Source: Podarcis liolepis
Lineage: Eukaryota
Direction: 5' to 3' (one strand)
Length of the DNA: 64,000 nt
NCBI GenBank assembly: GCA_965112155.1
Contig: OZ218105.1
The notes beneath the pieces were generated by a model. The model did not search any database. It was not told the DNA's origin and saw nothing but the letters and a program-made list of their open reading frames with translations. Each line of letters opens with the position of its first letter. The first letter of the stretch is position 1. Positions 63,711-64,000 of the stretch are shown here, one piece after another. The position numbers and the translations under genes were made by a program.

Positions 63711-64000
63711 CTGCAATGTTTAAAGCCAAGGATAAAACTAACATTATTAAATTTATTTTAACTCTCCAAACCTCTGTTAGGGCTCACGAGTCAGCTGCTA
63801 AAGCCTTAAATAGCTACACATTTCAATTCACAATATTTTCAGTGCAAAATACAGATAAAACAAATTTCAAATAAAACAAAAAAATATTCAAAGTTATGCT
63901 AATACACTATACTAAATATTTTTCCAAGTTTGCAAAAGTATTCCTCGTACACCTGGCCATGGTCTCTCCAAAAGTGAATGGATGTTATTTACTTTGCAAT

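Noticed and set aside
63711-64000. Search for DTNBP1 exon 4
   Set aside because: No segment translating like YEDTWAALHRRAKDCA with splice sites; it must lie beyond the window

Overview
Vertebrate genomic DNA, very probably a squamate (lizard, lacertid-like), judged from Sauria SINE, Bov-B, CR1/L2 and squamate-type MITE content. Two conserved genes lie tail-to-tail. On the + strand is the 3' half of JARID2: 12 coding exons (7-18 by human numbering, 1349-24565) with all splice phases consistent, and a 3' UTR to about 26260 containing a 133-N gap. On the - strand are exons 5-10 of DTNBP1/dysbindin (63710 down to 27203), including a 23-nt exon, a GC-AG intron and a ~28-kb intron 7. That intron is rich in non-autonomous DNA transposons. 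Most notable: (i) TA-flanked MITEs of two different TIR families whose interiors are tandem arrays of GC-rich hairpins; (ii) a 204-bp MITE carrying an NRF1+CRE+ETS motif cluster; (iii) a candidate unannotated in-frame 30-nt DTNBP1 cassette exon; (iv) an apparent 2-codon stop shift in JARID2; (v) bidirectional poly(A) signals between the genes. I found no prokaryote-type system (CRISPR, operon) and no convincing novel protein-coding gene. Most listed ORFs are chance frames. Comparisons to human sequences and repeat consensus are from memory and need alignment to confirm.
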